Assembly: GCF_009914755.1 (NCBI RefSeq)
Contig: NC_060936.1
Reading direction: 5' to 3' (one strand)
Origin: the human T2T-CHM13v2.0 reference genome, Homo sapiens
Length of the DNA: 64,000 nt
Shown here: in pieces, positions 26,600-39,541 of the stretch
How positions within the stretch are numbered: position 1 is the stretch's first letter
How the letters are laid out: each line of letters opens with the position of its first letter
Made by a program: the position numbers and the translations under genes
The notes under the pieces: model-generated
The model's database searches: none
What the model saw: the letters and a program-made list of their open reading frames with translations, nothing else
Told to the model about the DNA's origin: nothing

Positions 26600-27400
26600 G
26601 GGAAGAAATGATCATGTTTTAAGATATTTAGAAAATAGAACTATTAGGCTTTGTTTTGCTACTGAATGCAGATGGTGAGGGAGAGACATTTAAGTGATAT
26701 CTAAGATGGCTGATGAGGTAATGTCTTTAAGACCAAAAGGGCAAAAAGAAGATCATGTTGGGCTATGACATCAAGTTTGGCTTTGGACATGCTGAGGTTG
26801 AAATATAAGTAGGACTTACATGTGGGATCCCCAGCAGGCAGTTGGAATATTGGCCCTAGCTCAGAAAAGAAGATAGAACTAGAGGTATTGATTTTGGATG
26901 CATCTAAGTGATGTGGTCAATGAAACCATGGAAGTGGATGAAGCCACTTACAAAATAAAAAGTCTGGCTAAGAAGTTATGTTCACGTGAACTAAGGGAAA
27001 GCATTAGAAATAAATGAAAGGAGACAGATTCAAGACATACTGTGAAGATGTCATTTCTAGGTCTTGATAACTGATGATCTTTAGGTATTGAGAGAAAAAT
27101 GGTCCCAATAAGAGATACAGAGAAGTTAAGAAATATAGCAGTTTAGTTGGAGAAGAGTAAAAATTTCAGTTCTAGATATGCTATGTTGAAAGTGCTGCCA
27201 AGACATCAAGTGAAAATGACCCAAGAATAGTTGAAAATGTGGTCTATATTTCTGGAGATGGGGCAAATCTAGAGATGTAAATTTGCAAATCATCTATTCA
27301 TAGTGAGAATTGGTGCTGTGGCATAAAAGATTGCCAAGAGAAAAAATATAAAGAAATAGTAAAGGTTTCAAGCATAGAACCTTAAAGTAAGCTATACTTA
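26600..27400 (-). mobile_element. L2 fragments
   Basis: tttggacatgctgaggttgaa...cagcaggcagttggaat; tctggagatggggcaaatctagagatgtaaatttg. Confidence 0.75.
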
Positions 27401-27405
27401 GCAGA

Positions 27406-28060
27406 AGTCATGTGGTGCATAATGACCTTTTGATCAATGACAGACTGCATTTATGATAGTGGTCCATAAAATTATAAGACTGGGTCAGGCGCAGTGGCTC
27501 ACACCTGGAGTCTCAACATTTTGGGAGTTCCAGGCAGGTGGATCGTTTGAGCCCAAGAGCTCGAGACCATCCTAGGCAATATAGCAAAAACCCATATCTA
27601 TTTTTTAAAAAACACAAAAAATATTAGCCAGGTATGGTGGGTGCACCTGTAGTCCCAGGTACTCAGGATGCTAAGGCAGAAGGATCACTTGAGCCCAGGA
27701 GGCAAAGGTTGTAGTGAGCCAAGATTGTGCCACTGCAATCCAGCCTGGGCAACAGAGTGAGATCCTGTCTCAAAAAAGTGGGGGATTATAAGACTGTATT
27801 TTTACTTTACCTTTTCTATGTTTAAATACATTTAAAGTACAAATACTTACCATTGTGTTACAGTTTTGCCTAGAGTATTCAGTACAGTCACATGCTAGGT
27901 TTGTAGCCTAGGAGAAAAAGGCTACACCATATAACCTAGCAGTGTAAAAGGCCATACCATCTAGATTTGTGTAAGTACACTCTATAATGTTTGCTCAGTG
28001 ACAAAATCACCTAACAATGCATTTTTCAGACTGTATTCCATCGTTGTTAAGTGATGCATG
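27406..28060. mobile_element. Tigger3a/MER7-like element, interrupted by an Alu
   Basis: agtcatg...caatgacagactgcatttatgatagtggtcc...aatacttaccattgtgttaca...ggtttgtagcctagg...gttaagtgatgcatg. Confidence 0.85.
27483..27784 (+). mobile_element. AluJ
   Basis: gatcgtttgagccca, aggatcacttgagcccagg; TSD attataagactg at 27471-27482 and 27785-27796. Confidence 0.9.
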
Positions 28061-28094
28061 CCTTATGCCAAATAATACTATTTAATAAAATACT

Positions 28095-28310
28095 AAAACT
28101 ACTACTATATAATGGATGCTGATATGTGTAAGACATTTTACATCTGATTTAAAATACTTATAACTGCATAACAGATAATCAACTGTCTATTTTACAACTG
28201 AAGAACATCTGAGGTTTAGTAACATTCCCAGGGTCACAGAGCTAGTAAGTGACTGAGTAGGGATTTGAGCCTGAGGCTCTTTCTTGGAAGTCCTCATGTT
28301 TCATACTGCA
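28095..28310 (-). mobile_element. MIR
   Basis: cccagggtcacagagctagtaagtg...ggatttgagcct. Confidence 0.75.
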
Positions 28311-28374
28311 CCCAGCCTACACAAAGCCTATCCTCCTTTAATTTTTATACATTGCTCTTACTTCTTTATAGAGT

Positions 28375-28910
28375 ATAATATCAAACCCAAATGCTTACAG
28401 AAGACACAAGTAAGTAACATATGAGAGACCCTAGCTGGGTCTTTCCCTAAGGATATCTGGAATTGTATGCTTCTGACACTGGCATGCTTCTTTTAACTAT
28501 GAAGACATATTGTTCGATTCCACACACAAAGAAAAGGTTTTCTTGAAATATGTGATCTTCTTACTCTATTCTCATTTTTCTGTATTTTGACTGAAACATG
28601 GAAACAAGTATTTCTCTACCATAAGAAAGCAACAATGTAAGATGATGTTAAGAGCACCAGATACTTGAATTCAGTTTTGTGTACAATAAGGAATGGTGAG
28701 AACTATTGCAAAATGGAGAGTAAAACTCCATCTAAAAAGGTGGCAAACCCCCAAAGTTCTGTGTTGCTCAAATTTCAGATTTTGTAAGGGAAGGTGGAAA
28801 CTTAAAATATTAGGTGAAGCCTCCCATTGATAATGTGACTCATTATTTTAAATACTATGCAAGCTAAAGAAAAAATCCCTGTGGGCAAAATGCACTTCAA
28901 AAGATGACAC
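28375..28910. mobile_element. MER102-like hAT-Charlie element
   Basis: aaacccaaatgcttacag...gtaacatatgag at the start; aatactatgcaagctaaag near the end. Confidence 0.4.
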
Positions 28911-29014
28911 CACACTGCCTTATATTCTCGAAATTTAATATTTCCAATTCCTTCAACGGTTTATGTTGCTTGATTTACAAAACTTTATACTCTCCTTTGA
29001 ACAGAGACCATTCT

Positions 29015-29400
29015 ATTCACTGTTCCTCTTAAAATATGACATCTAGAGCTAAACAAAATCATGCAGCTTCTCTCTGGCCTTCTCAGAATTCAGTGAAACT
29101 GCTACTATTTTTGTGCTGAGCACTATATGCTAATGTAACCTAGTATTGCATTAGCTTTTTCTTTTTTTAGCATTTACAACATTTTACTGGTGCCTAATGA
29201 GTTTTAGTCCATAAAAACCCTTAGTTATTTTTTCACATTAACTGCCGAGGTAAATCTTAACTCATCCAATACTTACAAAGAAGCAGCAATTTTGTTTTGA
29301 AATTAAATGCAAGACTTTACATTTTCTCTATTAATTTTTTATGGTGTAGATAGAGTTGAATAAACTTTATTTTATTTATGTGGGCCCATTATTCTAGATT
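29015..29400 (-). mobile_element. L3/CR1 fragment
   Basis: cctagtattgcattagcttttt...taaatgcaagactttacattt resembles antisense L3. Confidence 0.65.
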
Positions 29401-29949
29401 TCAGGCAGAGTTTTCAATCATCTGTCTCTTTCCACAGCTTCAAGTATAAGGATCTACAATTCATTATATGTACTGTGCACAGATACAATGAATGTTCCTG
29501 AGAAATCTCATCCACCAAGGTGCACACAATTTTAAAAGGTTCAAATCAGAATTGATCCATAATTAGAATATTACATTAGCCTTTAAGAACTATCCCCACA
29601 GCACCCTGCAAATAACCACAGCATTATCTGTATTTGCCTGCCTTATGTATATGCACCCAGAGACGTCACACTGAGTGGGACACCTACTGCACACAGGGTG
29701 TCATTTCAGTAATTTCATCTATTTGGCTGCTTCTGCTATCATCCAGAACTCCAGCCTTAAGTCCTCTTCAGTGTTCATGGTAATTAGGAAATTCCTTTCT
29801 GGCAACTGTAAACATATGTTTGATCATAGAGAACATTCTCTTCCTGTTCCTCTGTTTAAAAGAACTAACCCATAAACATCAATTTATCTGGCTCATGGGG
29901 GCCTTGCACTCCACATGGCTTCCTTTCAGGGAACTGTGTAGGCTACAGT

Positions 29950-30185
29950 ATCAATAATGAAAGTAGCTCATGCATCCTAAGGGGTCACTATGTGCCAAGC
30001 ACTATGCTGTGCACTTTATGTAAGTCGTCTCCTATATTCCTTGATAACACGGTCTAAAGAAGGACTTCACAGCCAAGGAACTAAGATGTAAAGAACTTGA
30101 GTAGCCTCACAAAGTCAGTAATTGTCAGGGTCAATTTTCCAAAAAGCCTGTCTACACTGAAAACTCTGCTCTTTCTATGGCCGTT
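29950..30185 (-). mobile_element. MIR
   Basis: cactatgtgccaagcactatgctgtgcactttat. Confidence 0.7.
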
Positions 30186-33100
30186 CTCGTTCCTCTGCAG
30201 GTCAGCTGACCCTTCCTTTGGTGTAGTCAAATAAATTACCAGTTGGACAGCAGCACCCGCCATCACCAATGAATACCCTGTGTTCTGTGTTCTAAAGAGC
30301 TAATTTGGCAGGCATGTATCAAACCCTAAAGCAGAGTTCCCTCATAGTCCACTACTAAGTCTATACTTTTTAGCCTTTTTAAATCAAGGGGAGTATTTTT
30401 CAAACATTTTTCTCATTGTTTGTTAAGTAGGTGCTTTAGAGCTCAACATACACCTTCATTTCTTCAATCAGGCTGTTGGTAGGATATTGAATGAGAAAGA
30501 ATTCTGGGCTGTGCCATTGTTGTATGACTTTCTATCTTTTTTCCACCATGACACAGATAATTGACATACATATCTGTATCATGTTCACAATACCCATTGC
30601 ACTCCTAATTCTGAAGCTTCTTTTCCATTAAAAAAATAAGATCACAAGCATAAAATAAAGTAAGCATGGTATTATCGTAGGGACAACATCAAATCAGTTT
30701 TACTTTTTAAAGGAAGTAATTAAGAAATGTTGGTGCTTTACCATCGGGGATAAATTACTGGTGTCCCAAGACACTACTGCGGAGGACCACTTAGCTTGAA
30801 GCATTCACAGAGAATTTAGTGGGCATCTTTTCTTTAAAACTTCCATTGTTCCACCAACTATTAATTCATCTAAACTAGATTGCCCTCTCATTCTTCATTT
30901 TTCCATTTGCTTTTACAAAAAATATTGCAAGAAGTTGTGCGGATGCCTCACTAAATTAAAAAGTATGTGAGTACGAATAAATATTTATTACTTTTTCATC
31001 CACATCAGGCTTTGCTGTCATGAGATGAGAATAAAGAGAAAGACCTATGTCCCTTTACCTGCCTTAGAGCATGCCCAGAAAAAAACAATATAGAGAGAAA
31101 TCCTTAGTAATTGCTTCTCTCAGTGGCTGCAATCTCTGTTGAGCCTCTTGTTTTGTCTTTGGAAATTTAATGTTTAATTATTTTTAATATGTCAAAATAT
31201 TAGTTTCTCAAGAGAGAGGCTGTGCAGTAACAGGCATTTGGAGATCATTGGTTGCTTTGCAAAGTGGATAGATTAGATTTAAATTTATTTTTTAATGAAT
31301 CAAGAAATATCCAGCTTTTACATTTAATAAATAAGAAATGGCAAATGAACAAAGGGAAATGGTGATGTAGACAGAACCCGGCGGATACCTAAATTTCTGT
31401 TGAGGGAGATTTATCCCTGTAGTTTAAGACTTTGATATAAAGTAAAAGGCAAATATCTAGAGAGGTAACCTTTTGGCTATCATTGGTCTTTTGTGAAGGA
31501 GTTGGACACAAATTTTGATAAGACCGTAGAAAGAGAGGAATCTTATACTGGAATCCCTGTGGAAGTGAGAGGAAAGCAATAATAGGGTTGTTGGTTTTTT
31601 TTCATTATCTTCAAAATTTTTGCTGACTAGTGTCCCATTATTGTTTAGAAACGTAATTTTTCTTAGACAAGTATCAGCTAAGCTCATTTAAGAGAAGCTT
31701 GCTCTGGGTGACATTTTTGCTGCATTTATCTTTAGAAACAATTTTTAACTCTGTTTTTCTATGTCATTTATGGCTGAAAATTATAATTGAACAGTTAGAA
31801 AAAATCTCTGTTGATTAATTACATAGCTTATGTGGTATTTAAATAGCCAAATTTATTACATATTTGTAGCTTGAGAGTATTCTTCACAAATAAAAGCTTT
31901 TTTCTGGGCTAGGCACCATCCCAAATCAGATTTAGAACAGTGTTGCAAAGGTTTTGTTCACTAAATGTATTCCAAAATTATAATGTTCTTTAAGGACGGT
32001 ATGGTTGCTGATTTTATTTGATGGTTTACTGTGAAGACTCTTCGATTAAAATGTGTTTCACTGAAAATTTATTCTTCAAGCAGACGCCTTAGAAATTTAT
32101 CTTGATTGCAATGGAAGATGGCAATTTAGAACAATTATTTATCCTTATAATAACTCAAGAGCTTTTATCATCAAGCACTTGCTATTTGAAGACCTGACTC
32201 CCATTGCTAAATAAGTGAATATTAATCTGATTGTTTTTAGTCCTTATAACATAACTTAATCTTTTGCTACCCTATTGCATGAACTGAGTAAATATTAAAT
32301 GGGAGCTGAATTGTCCACCTTCTCCACTGTTTATAAAGATACATATTAGGTATGTTACAATAGAATGAGTGCTAAAGCACATTTTCTTTTGAAGAATAAT
32401 ATTCTAGGAAACTTAAGTTTCATTACTTGCTAAAGATCACCCATGGAATTCAATTTTTTCTTACTTTTTCTCATTTTGACTACCTGCCTTATTGCACAAA
32501 AACATATTACTGTTTACAAGAAATCATTATCCTTTATTTTCAAATGGAAAAGGCAAACCAAAGACAATAATCAAAATTGGATATTATGTCAGATTCGTCA
32601 ACTTGGAATTCTGAGATTTGATTATTCAAAACGTGGAACAGTACCTATAAAATTTGTTTTTACCTTTGTAAGCCATCTGGAACTCAAGAGCCATTAGACC
32701 TGCTTTTGCAAATCACTGTTTTATACAAATAAAACAATTTTTCAGAAGGCAATTTAGAATTTTGAAACACATACCAATTGTCAGAGTCAGTCTGTCAGGT
32801 TCTGCTCATCATTAATTTTTTAAAACATCAATTATGGTAAACTCTATCATAATTGCAATAGAATACAATTCAATAATGAATATAAACATTTAATGCAATG
32901 CATAGAATAGAATTCATAAGCTGACAATAATATTGGTCTCTTCATATTCTATTCAGGGAAGCCCAAGCTCTAAACTGATATATACACTGCAGAGACTAGG
33001 AGACAAAGGTAATATTCTGAAGAAGAATATTTTAGGGAGAAAAAATGAGAAAATGAATAGCCATCTAGGTCATTTTTAGACCAAAATTTTATTTAATTTT

Positions 33101-33199
33101 ATTTTTATGGTGTGATGCCCAAGTAATGGTTCAATAGCATCACAAATAGTCCTAAACCCTGGGGGATAACATGCTCTCCTTCTATTTTTAGAAATGCAA

Positions 33200-33560
33200 T
33201 TGACATCAAAATAGGTATAAAAATACCTACCTCCCTGGGTCTTGTGAGGATCAAATGAGATGATGTGTATGAAAGACTCCAGATGCTATACAAATGTTGG
33301 TTGGATTATACGGGAAGCTTTAGAGATGCCTTTGCACAGTGGAAGGATCCTTGGACTTGGTAGTTGAAAAAACTCAGTTTTGCTAGCCATGTTATTTTGA
33401 GTAAATCATTTAAATTTAATTCCTCTGTGTCATACTTTTTACATGTAAAATGAGGATATAATTTCTACCACAGTGCTGTTTTGTAAATCACCTCAAACAA
33501 AATGAGATCTATAATGAAAGTGCTTTATAAACAATGAAGCATAATGCTAATAGTGTAACA
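33200..33560 (+). mobile_element. Two MIR fragments
   Basis: aatacctacctccctgggtcttgtgaggatcaaatgagatgatg; tgtaaaatgaggat...gaaagtgctttataaac. Confidence 0.75.
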
Positions 33561-34285
33561 GATTGTTAATAGAGTACTTATTAAATATGGCATAAGTAAA
33601 GGAATGACATTTACAACAAAATAAATACAATTGTTTAAGTGAAAAATCTATGTAGAAAGGATTGAGAATTGAACTGAGTTCTTCTGTTGAATACTTACCA
33701 TATTGCGATCTCAGATTCCCTATGAAAAGGACAAAGTCCTGCCCTTGAAAATGTTAGGATTTCAAGAAGACGTAGGGCATACTTTGGGTATCTACAAGAT
33801 ATAAAGGAAATAAACCCAAAACTAAAATTTGCATTATAAGCCACTTTTATGGTTAAATCTCATTCCTAGCCTGAATAATACTTTTTATTGAGAATCAGTT
33901 GTATAGAAAGCATTGTCTTATGTCCTGATTTCTGGGAGAATGTGTGTGTTTGTGTGTGCTTGTGTGTAGTGGAAATGGATTTGAAAGGTATACTACAAAA
34001 GAATGTAAATGTTTACTTCTATTCCCTCAAGCTTATATACTTGAGAAACATAAAATTTGATAATACGAAGAATCACAGAATAAATATCAAATGACTTACC
34101 CTAGAATGTATTACTGAAACTTATTAAGCCTACTATGTGGAAAATGGTCTTTAATTATTTTTACCAAAGAAACAAGAAGGTGAAATGTCAGGGACTGAAT
34201 ATTTGTGGCTATACTTTCCCCCAAAATCTAATAAATTGCAATTAAAACATTAAGAATTAAGAATAATTATGCTTATAGTGTAATA

Positions 34286-34651
34286 CAGCGGTCCCCAACA
34301 TTTTTGGCACCAGGGGCTTGTTTCATGGAAGACAATTTTTCCCTGGGGGATGCAGCGGGCTGGGAATGGGGTGGTTTGGGAATGAAGCTGTTGCATGTCA
34401 GGTCATCAGGCATTAGATTCTCATAAGGAGCGTAACAACCTAGATCCCTCACATGTGCAGTCTACAATAGGGTTCACTCACCACAGGGTTCACAATCCTA
34501 TGAGAATCTAATGCCTCTGCTGATCTGACAAGAGGCAGAACTCAGGCAGTAATGCTCATTCTCCATCTGCCACTCACCTCCTGCTGTGCGGTCCAGTTCC
34601 TAACAGGCCATGGACTGGTACCCGTCCCTGGCAGGAGTTTGGGGACCTCTG
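34286..34651 (+). mobile_element. MER1B (hAT-Charlie), full length
   Basis: TIRs cagcggtcccca / tggggacctctg; 8-bp TSD gt(g/c)taata at 34278-34285 and 34652-34659. Confidence 0.93.
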
Positions 34652-34774
34652 GTCTAATACATATGTATGTACTTAACTTCTTTGTCTTCTAGTTATTCCT
34701 TTAGAAATGTAAAGAGACAGGGAGCTTAAGAGAGACAACTAGATCTGGTTAGAGCCTTATTTGAGTGAAAGTTG

Positions 34775-34910
34775 TCAGATTACCTCCCTAAGCCTCAGTT
34801 TCCTCATCTGTGAGGGAAGTCCTAACTCAATGGGTTGTTGTAAAGATTCAGCATTATAATCAACACAAGTGAACCAAAACCGTGTCAGGCAAATGCTTGG
34901 GTCTCAAAAA
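34775..34910 (+). mobile_element. MIR fragment
   Basis: aagcctcagtttcctcatctgt core. Confidence 0.8.
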
Positions 34911-36229
34911 AGTGAGAGTTTATTAAGTGTCTCAGTAATCTTTATTCTTAATAAACCCACCAAGTGATAGTTTGATCTGGCAAAGATGGGACGGCACACC
35001 CAGCACTAAACTTAACTATTCTCTTTCACACAGAATATTGCTAGTTTTTACTGGTGACATTTTAATTTTAAATTTACATTTTAAATTTTTCTGATATAGT
35101 CACTGGGAAGATAAAGGACAGAGTTTGTTACAGTGAGAAAATAACACAATTTTCTGAGGTCTTTTTCATGAAATGTTTTAAACTGGAGCTTTGTCTTTGG
35201 AAATTCTTGCTCTTGGACATAGTTATCATGTTGTTTGAGGTTAGCAAGGATGTGATTTTGAGGTCACAACCAGACATTGTTTACTGAATGTGTATAAGAT
35301 AAAATGAGATGAGAGGGTAATTATCTATAGGTTTGCCTTAATTAGCAGATAACATTTTCTAATTTAACGAGGCCTCAGTGATAATAATCAACAGTCAAGT
35401 TTCTAAATAGCTTTCCCATATCTTTGTGGCCATTAATTCCCTCATCTTTAAGTTTTCGACATTCTTTTCAAGGCATCTGGAATACTTGAGCAGCAATTTT
35501 CCCTGTTTGCAGCAATCACCAGTTGAATGTTTTTGTGAATGAGAAATTAAATGGGTTTTCAACAATGTAGATAGTTTTAAGTGAGAGTCCCATTGAAATT
35601 ATGGATGAATCAAGGGACAGCAGGAAGTCTGTGATTTTCTCCATTTGCAAATGTTTTTCTAAAAAATGCCATCCTAAGAACACTTTACAGATATTAACCC
35701 ATTAATTCCAGTGCCTCATTTTTTTGAAGTAATTCTTATTCTTTCTTTATGGCTCCAAAAATTCACAGAAGAATAGTTAGCAAAGCAGCAGTCAACTATC
35801 CACACCAAATTTTATAAACTGCATTAAATGTACTACTATTCACTGGAAAACTCTTATAAAATATATACATGCATGACTTACAAAAGTATAAATTATAAAT
35901 GGTATGAAAAATGCTTCAAAATCTAGAAAGAATGTAAGAACTTAGGCAGGGAAAAAAGAAATATATACAATCTTATTTAGCGATCTGCTTATTATCACAT
36001 GAATTTGTGAGCAGAATGATCTAGAGAAGGCCTATGACATGTAGTGAGGCAAACAACATTTTAAAAACTCCTCTGGAAGAAGATGGAATCAATGAAGTTT
36101 CAAATTCACCTGCAAAAGTTACAAGCAGATTTGAACTATGTGACCAAATCTAGCTGCACCTAGATTTGAAAGGACACCATTTGGATTTGCCATATGCGCT
36201 TCTGAGAAGGAGAGAGGTATGAGTAGAGC

Positions 36230-37986
36230 TTTTTTTTTAACTTTTAAATTTAGGGGTACAAGTGCAGGTTTGTTTCATAGGTAAACTTGTGTTATGTGGG
36301 TTTGTTGTACAGATTATTTCATCATTCAGGTATTAATCCTGGTACCCATTAGTTATTTTTCCTGATCCTCTCCCTCCTTCACCTACCTGGCTCCAAAAGG
36401 CCCCAGGATGTGTTGTTCCCCTCTATGTGTCCATGTGTCCTCATCGTTTAGCCCCTATTTAGAAGTGAGAACATGTGGTATTCGGTTTTCTGTTCCTGTA
36501 TTAGTTTGCTAAGGTTAATGGCCTTCAGCTCCATCCATGTCTCTGCAAAGGACATGATCTCATTCTTTTTTATGGCTACATAGTATTCCGTGGTGTATAT
36601 GTACCACATTTTCTTTAGCCAGTCTATCATTGATGGGCATTTAGGTTGATTCCATATCTTTGCTATTGTGAATAGGGCTGCAATGAACATACACATGCAT
36701 GAGTCTTTATAATAGAATGATTTCTATTCCTTTGAGTATATACCCAGTAATGGGATTGCTGGGTCAAATGGTAGTTCTGTCTTTAGGTCTTTGAGGCATT
36801 GCCACGCTGTCTTCTACAATGGCTGAACTAATTTACACTCCCACCAACAATGTAAAATCATTCCTTTTTCTCCACAACCTTGCCAGCATCCATTATTTTT
36901 TGACTTTTTGATACTAGCCATTCTAACTGGTGTTAGGTAGTATCTCACTGTGGTTTTGATTTGCATTTCTCTAATGATCAGTAATGTCGAACTTTTTTTA
37001 TATGATTTTTGGCCACATGTATGTCTTCTTTTGAAAAGGGTCTGTTCTTGACCTTTGCCCACTTTTTTATGGGATTGTTTGTGGGGTTTTTTGTACATTT
37101 GTTTAAGTTCCTTATGGATGCTGGATATTAGACCTTTGTTAGATGCATAGTTTGCAAAAACTTCCTCCCATTCTGTAGATTGTCTGTTTACTCTGTTGAT
37201 AGTTTCTTTTGCTGTGCAGAAGCTCTTTAGTTTGATTAGGTCCTATTTGTCAATTTTTACATTTGTTGCAATTGCTTTTGGTATCTTCATCATGAAATCT
37301 TTGCCCATACCTATGTCCTGAATGGTATTGCCTAGGTTGTCTTCCAGAGTTTTTATAGTTTGAGGTTTTACACTTAAGACTTTAATCTATTTTATGTTGA
37401 TTTTATATATGGCAGGGGTCCAGCTTCAATCTTTTTCATATGCCTAGCCAATTATCCCAGCACCATTGATTGAATAGGGAGTCCTTTCCCCATTGCTTGT
37501 TTTTGTCAGGTTTGTTGAAGATCAGAGAGTTGTAGGTGTGCAGTTTTATTTCCGGATTCTCTATTCTGTTCCATTGGTCTATGTGTCTCTTTTGGTACCA
37601 ATACCATGCTGTTTGGATTACTGTAGCCCTACAATATAGTTTGAAGTTGGGTAGTGTGACGCCTCCAGCTTTGTTCTTTTGCTTAGGGTTGCATTGGCTA
37701 TTTGGGGTCTTTATTTGGTTCCACATGAATTTTAAAATAGTTTTCTCTAGTTCTGTAAAGAATGTCAAGAGTAGTTTAATAGGAATAGCATTGAATCTAC
37801 GAATTACTTTGGATAGTATAGCCATTTTCATGATATTGATTCTTCCTCTCCATGAGCATGGAATGTTTTTCCATTTGTTTGTGTCATCTCTGATTTCTTT
37901 GAGCAGTGGTTTGCAGTTCTCCTTGTAGAGATCTTTCACCTCCCTAGTTAGCTGTATTCCTAGGTATTTTATTCTTTATGTGGCAA
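36230..37986 (-). mobile_element. 5'-truncated older L1PA (about PA13-PA16), ~1.76 kb
   Basis: ggggtacaagtgcaggtttg...acagattatttcatc 3' UTR; frameshifted ORF2 pieces in the ORF track (36448-36696, 36814-37098, 37436-37939); residual TSD gagtaga. Confidence 0.92.
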
Positions 37987-38204
37987 GAGTAGAAATATTT
38001 TTAAGGAAGATGATTCTTGCTCCTACTAAATAACTATAGAAGAGGAAGAATCATTTGGCTTTCACATGACTTGTGTATTATAAATAAAAAAGTTCTTTCA
38101 AATTAATTCCATTTACTATGTTTTATATATTCCTTCCATAATTCACTTATTCTATTCAGTAAGGGCTTAGTCTGCCAAAACCACTGCATGATTTTCCAAA
38201 GGAG

Positions 38205-38480
38205 GTACACAGTAAAAAAAAAATGATTAGAACCATAAGTTCTGGAGTTGGACCACATGGGTTTAGATCTTGGCTATACTCCTTGCTAGCTGTGTAACAT
38301 GGATGAACTAGTTAATCTCTCCAAACCTCAGTCTCCTCAGCTCTCCTATTATTAATAAAATCGGTTTAATAATAATGTATTCCTCCTTATTTTAATGAGA
38401 GGATTAAATGATAGCATGTTGAGAAAGCACTTACACAGTATCTGGCATATTATAAATGTCCAATAAGTACTAGTTATTGT
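38205..38480 (+). mobile_element. MIR, near full length
   Basis: tctggagttggacc...ctagctgtgtaac...cctcagtctcctca...gaggattaaatga...tctggcata. Confidence 0.85.
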
Positions 38481-39500
38481 TAGAATTTCTGGATTTAAAG
38501 AGATCACTTATTTTTTAAAGGTATCTTGATTGTTACTACTATATCATGCAAATCTTTATCTCTTTTAATTATTTATTTAATGACAGAAAAATACTGTAAA
38601 AACTGAAAAATTCAAAATTAATTTTCCAAGTGCCTAAGTAATTTCTAAATAGAGATATAAACACATTTAAGTTCACAATAATAATTGCATTTCATTGGAG
38701 TTTTACAACTACTGCTTGGTTCTAAATGCTTTGAACTAGACAGTTAAACTTCTCATATTTTAAATTTTTTTCCAAACATAAAATGCATACATTGAATAAC
38801 CTAACTTTAGGTATACTGAGACTTCATTTTATAATGAACAGTTACATGAAGAGTGCCTGCTCCCAAAAAAAGGAGTTATAATGCTTCAATTTTAAGTGGT
38901 AAGACATTTACTGGGACACAGAGTAAAATTATAGTGAAAAATGTGAAGATGCTATCTGAATAGTGATAAGATAATTTTATTGTCTATTTAAAAACAGGCC
39001 TTGGCAATTGGAAAATATTAGTTAAATCTTTTTTGAGCTTTTTGCTCTTATTGTTGTTTTTATTATGTTACTAGTTTTGCTTTCTTTCTTCTATCTTATA
39101 ATATTTTCCCTAAAGAATGGGGTTAGTTATGTGGGGCAGTCTAATATGATGGTATTTATAATGCTCTAAATTAAATTTTTGAGCTAAGAAAATCAGTCAC
39201 AACACTTGAGATTTGTCAATTTTCTAGTGAATTATAGTTATCTGTAAACAGTTTTGATTATGAAACTTCTATGAAATCTCTCATTATTTTGTAACTTCTT
39301 TCCCTTATTTATTTTACAGACTAAGCCATTTTCTCTTAAGCCTATGTTAGCAGCATCTCCCCTTGGAAATACTATGATCATTTGATAATACTGGGTTTCA
39401 AACTCTAGATGCCTTTCTCACATTGGCTTCATAGTTCAATTCCATAAGTTTGTGTCAAGATACTACTACATGTAATTCAGGTTACTAGAGTTCCTGCTCT

Positions 39501-39501
<1 letters not shown>

Positions 39502-39539
<38 letters not shown>
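39502..39539 (+). repeat. Pure A38 tract
   Basis: Direct count. Confidence 0.95.

Positions 39540-39541
<2 letters not shown>

Noticed and set aside
36448-37939. Three ORFs with L1 ORF2-like sequence
   Set aside because: Frameshifted fragments of a dead, truncated L1PA
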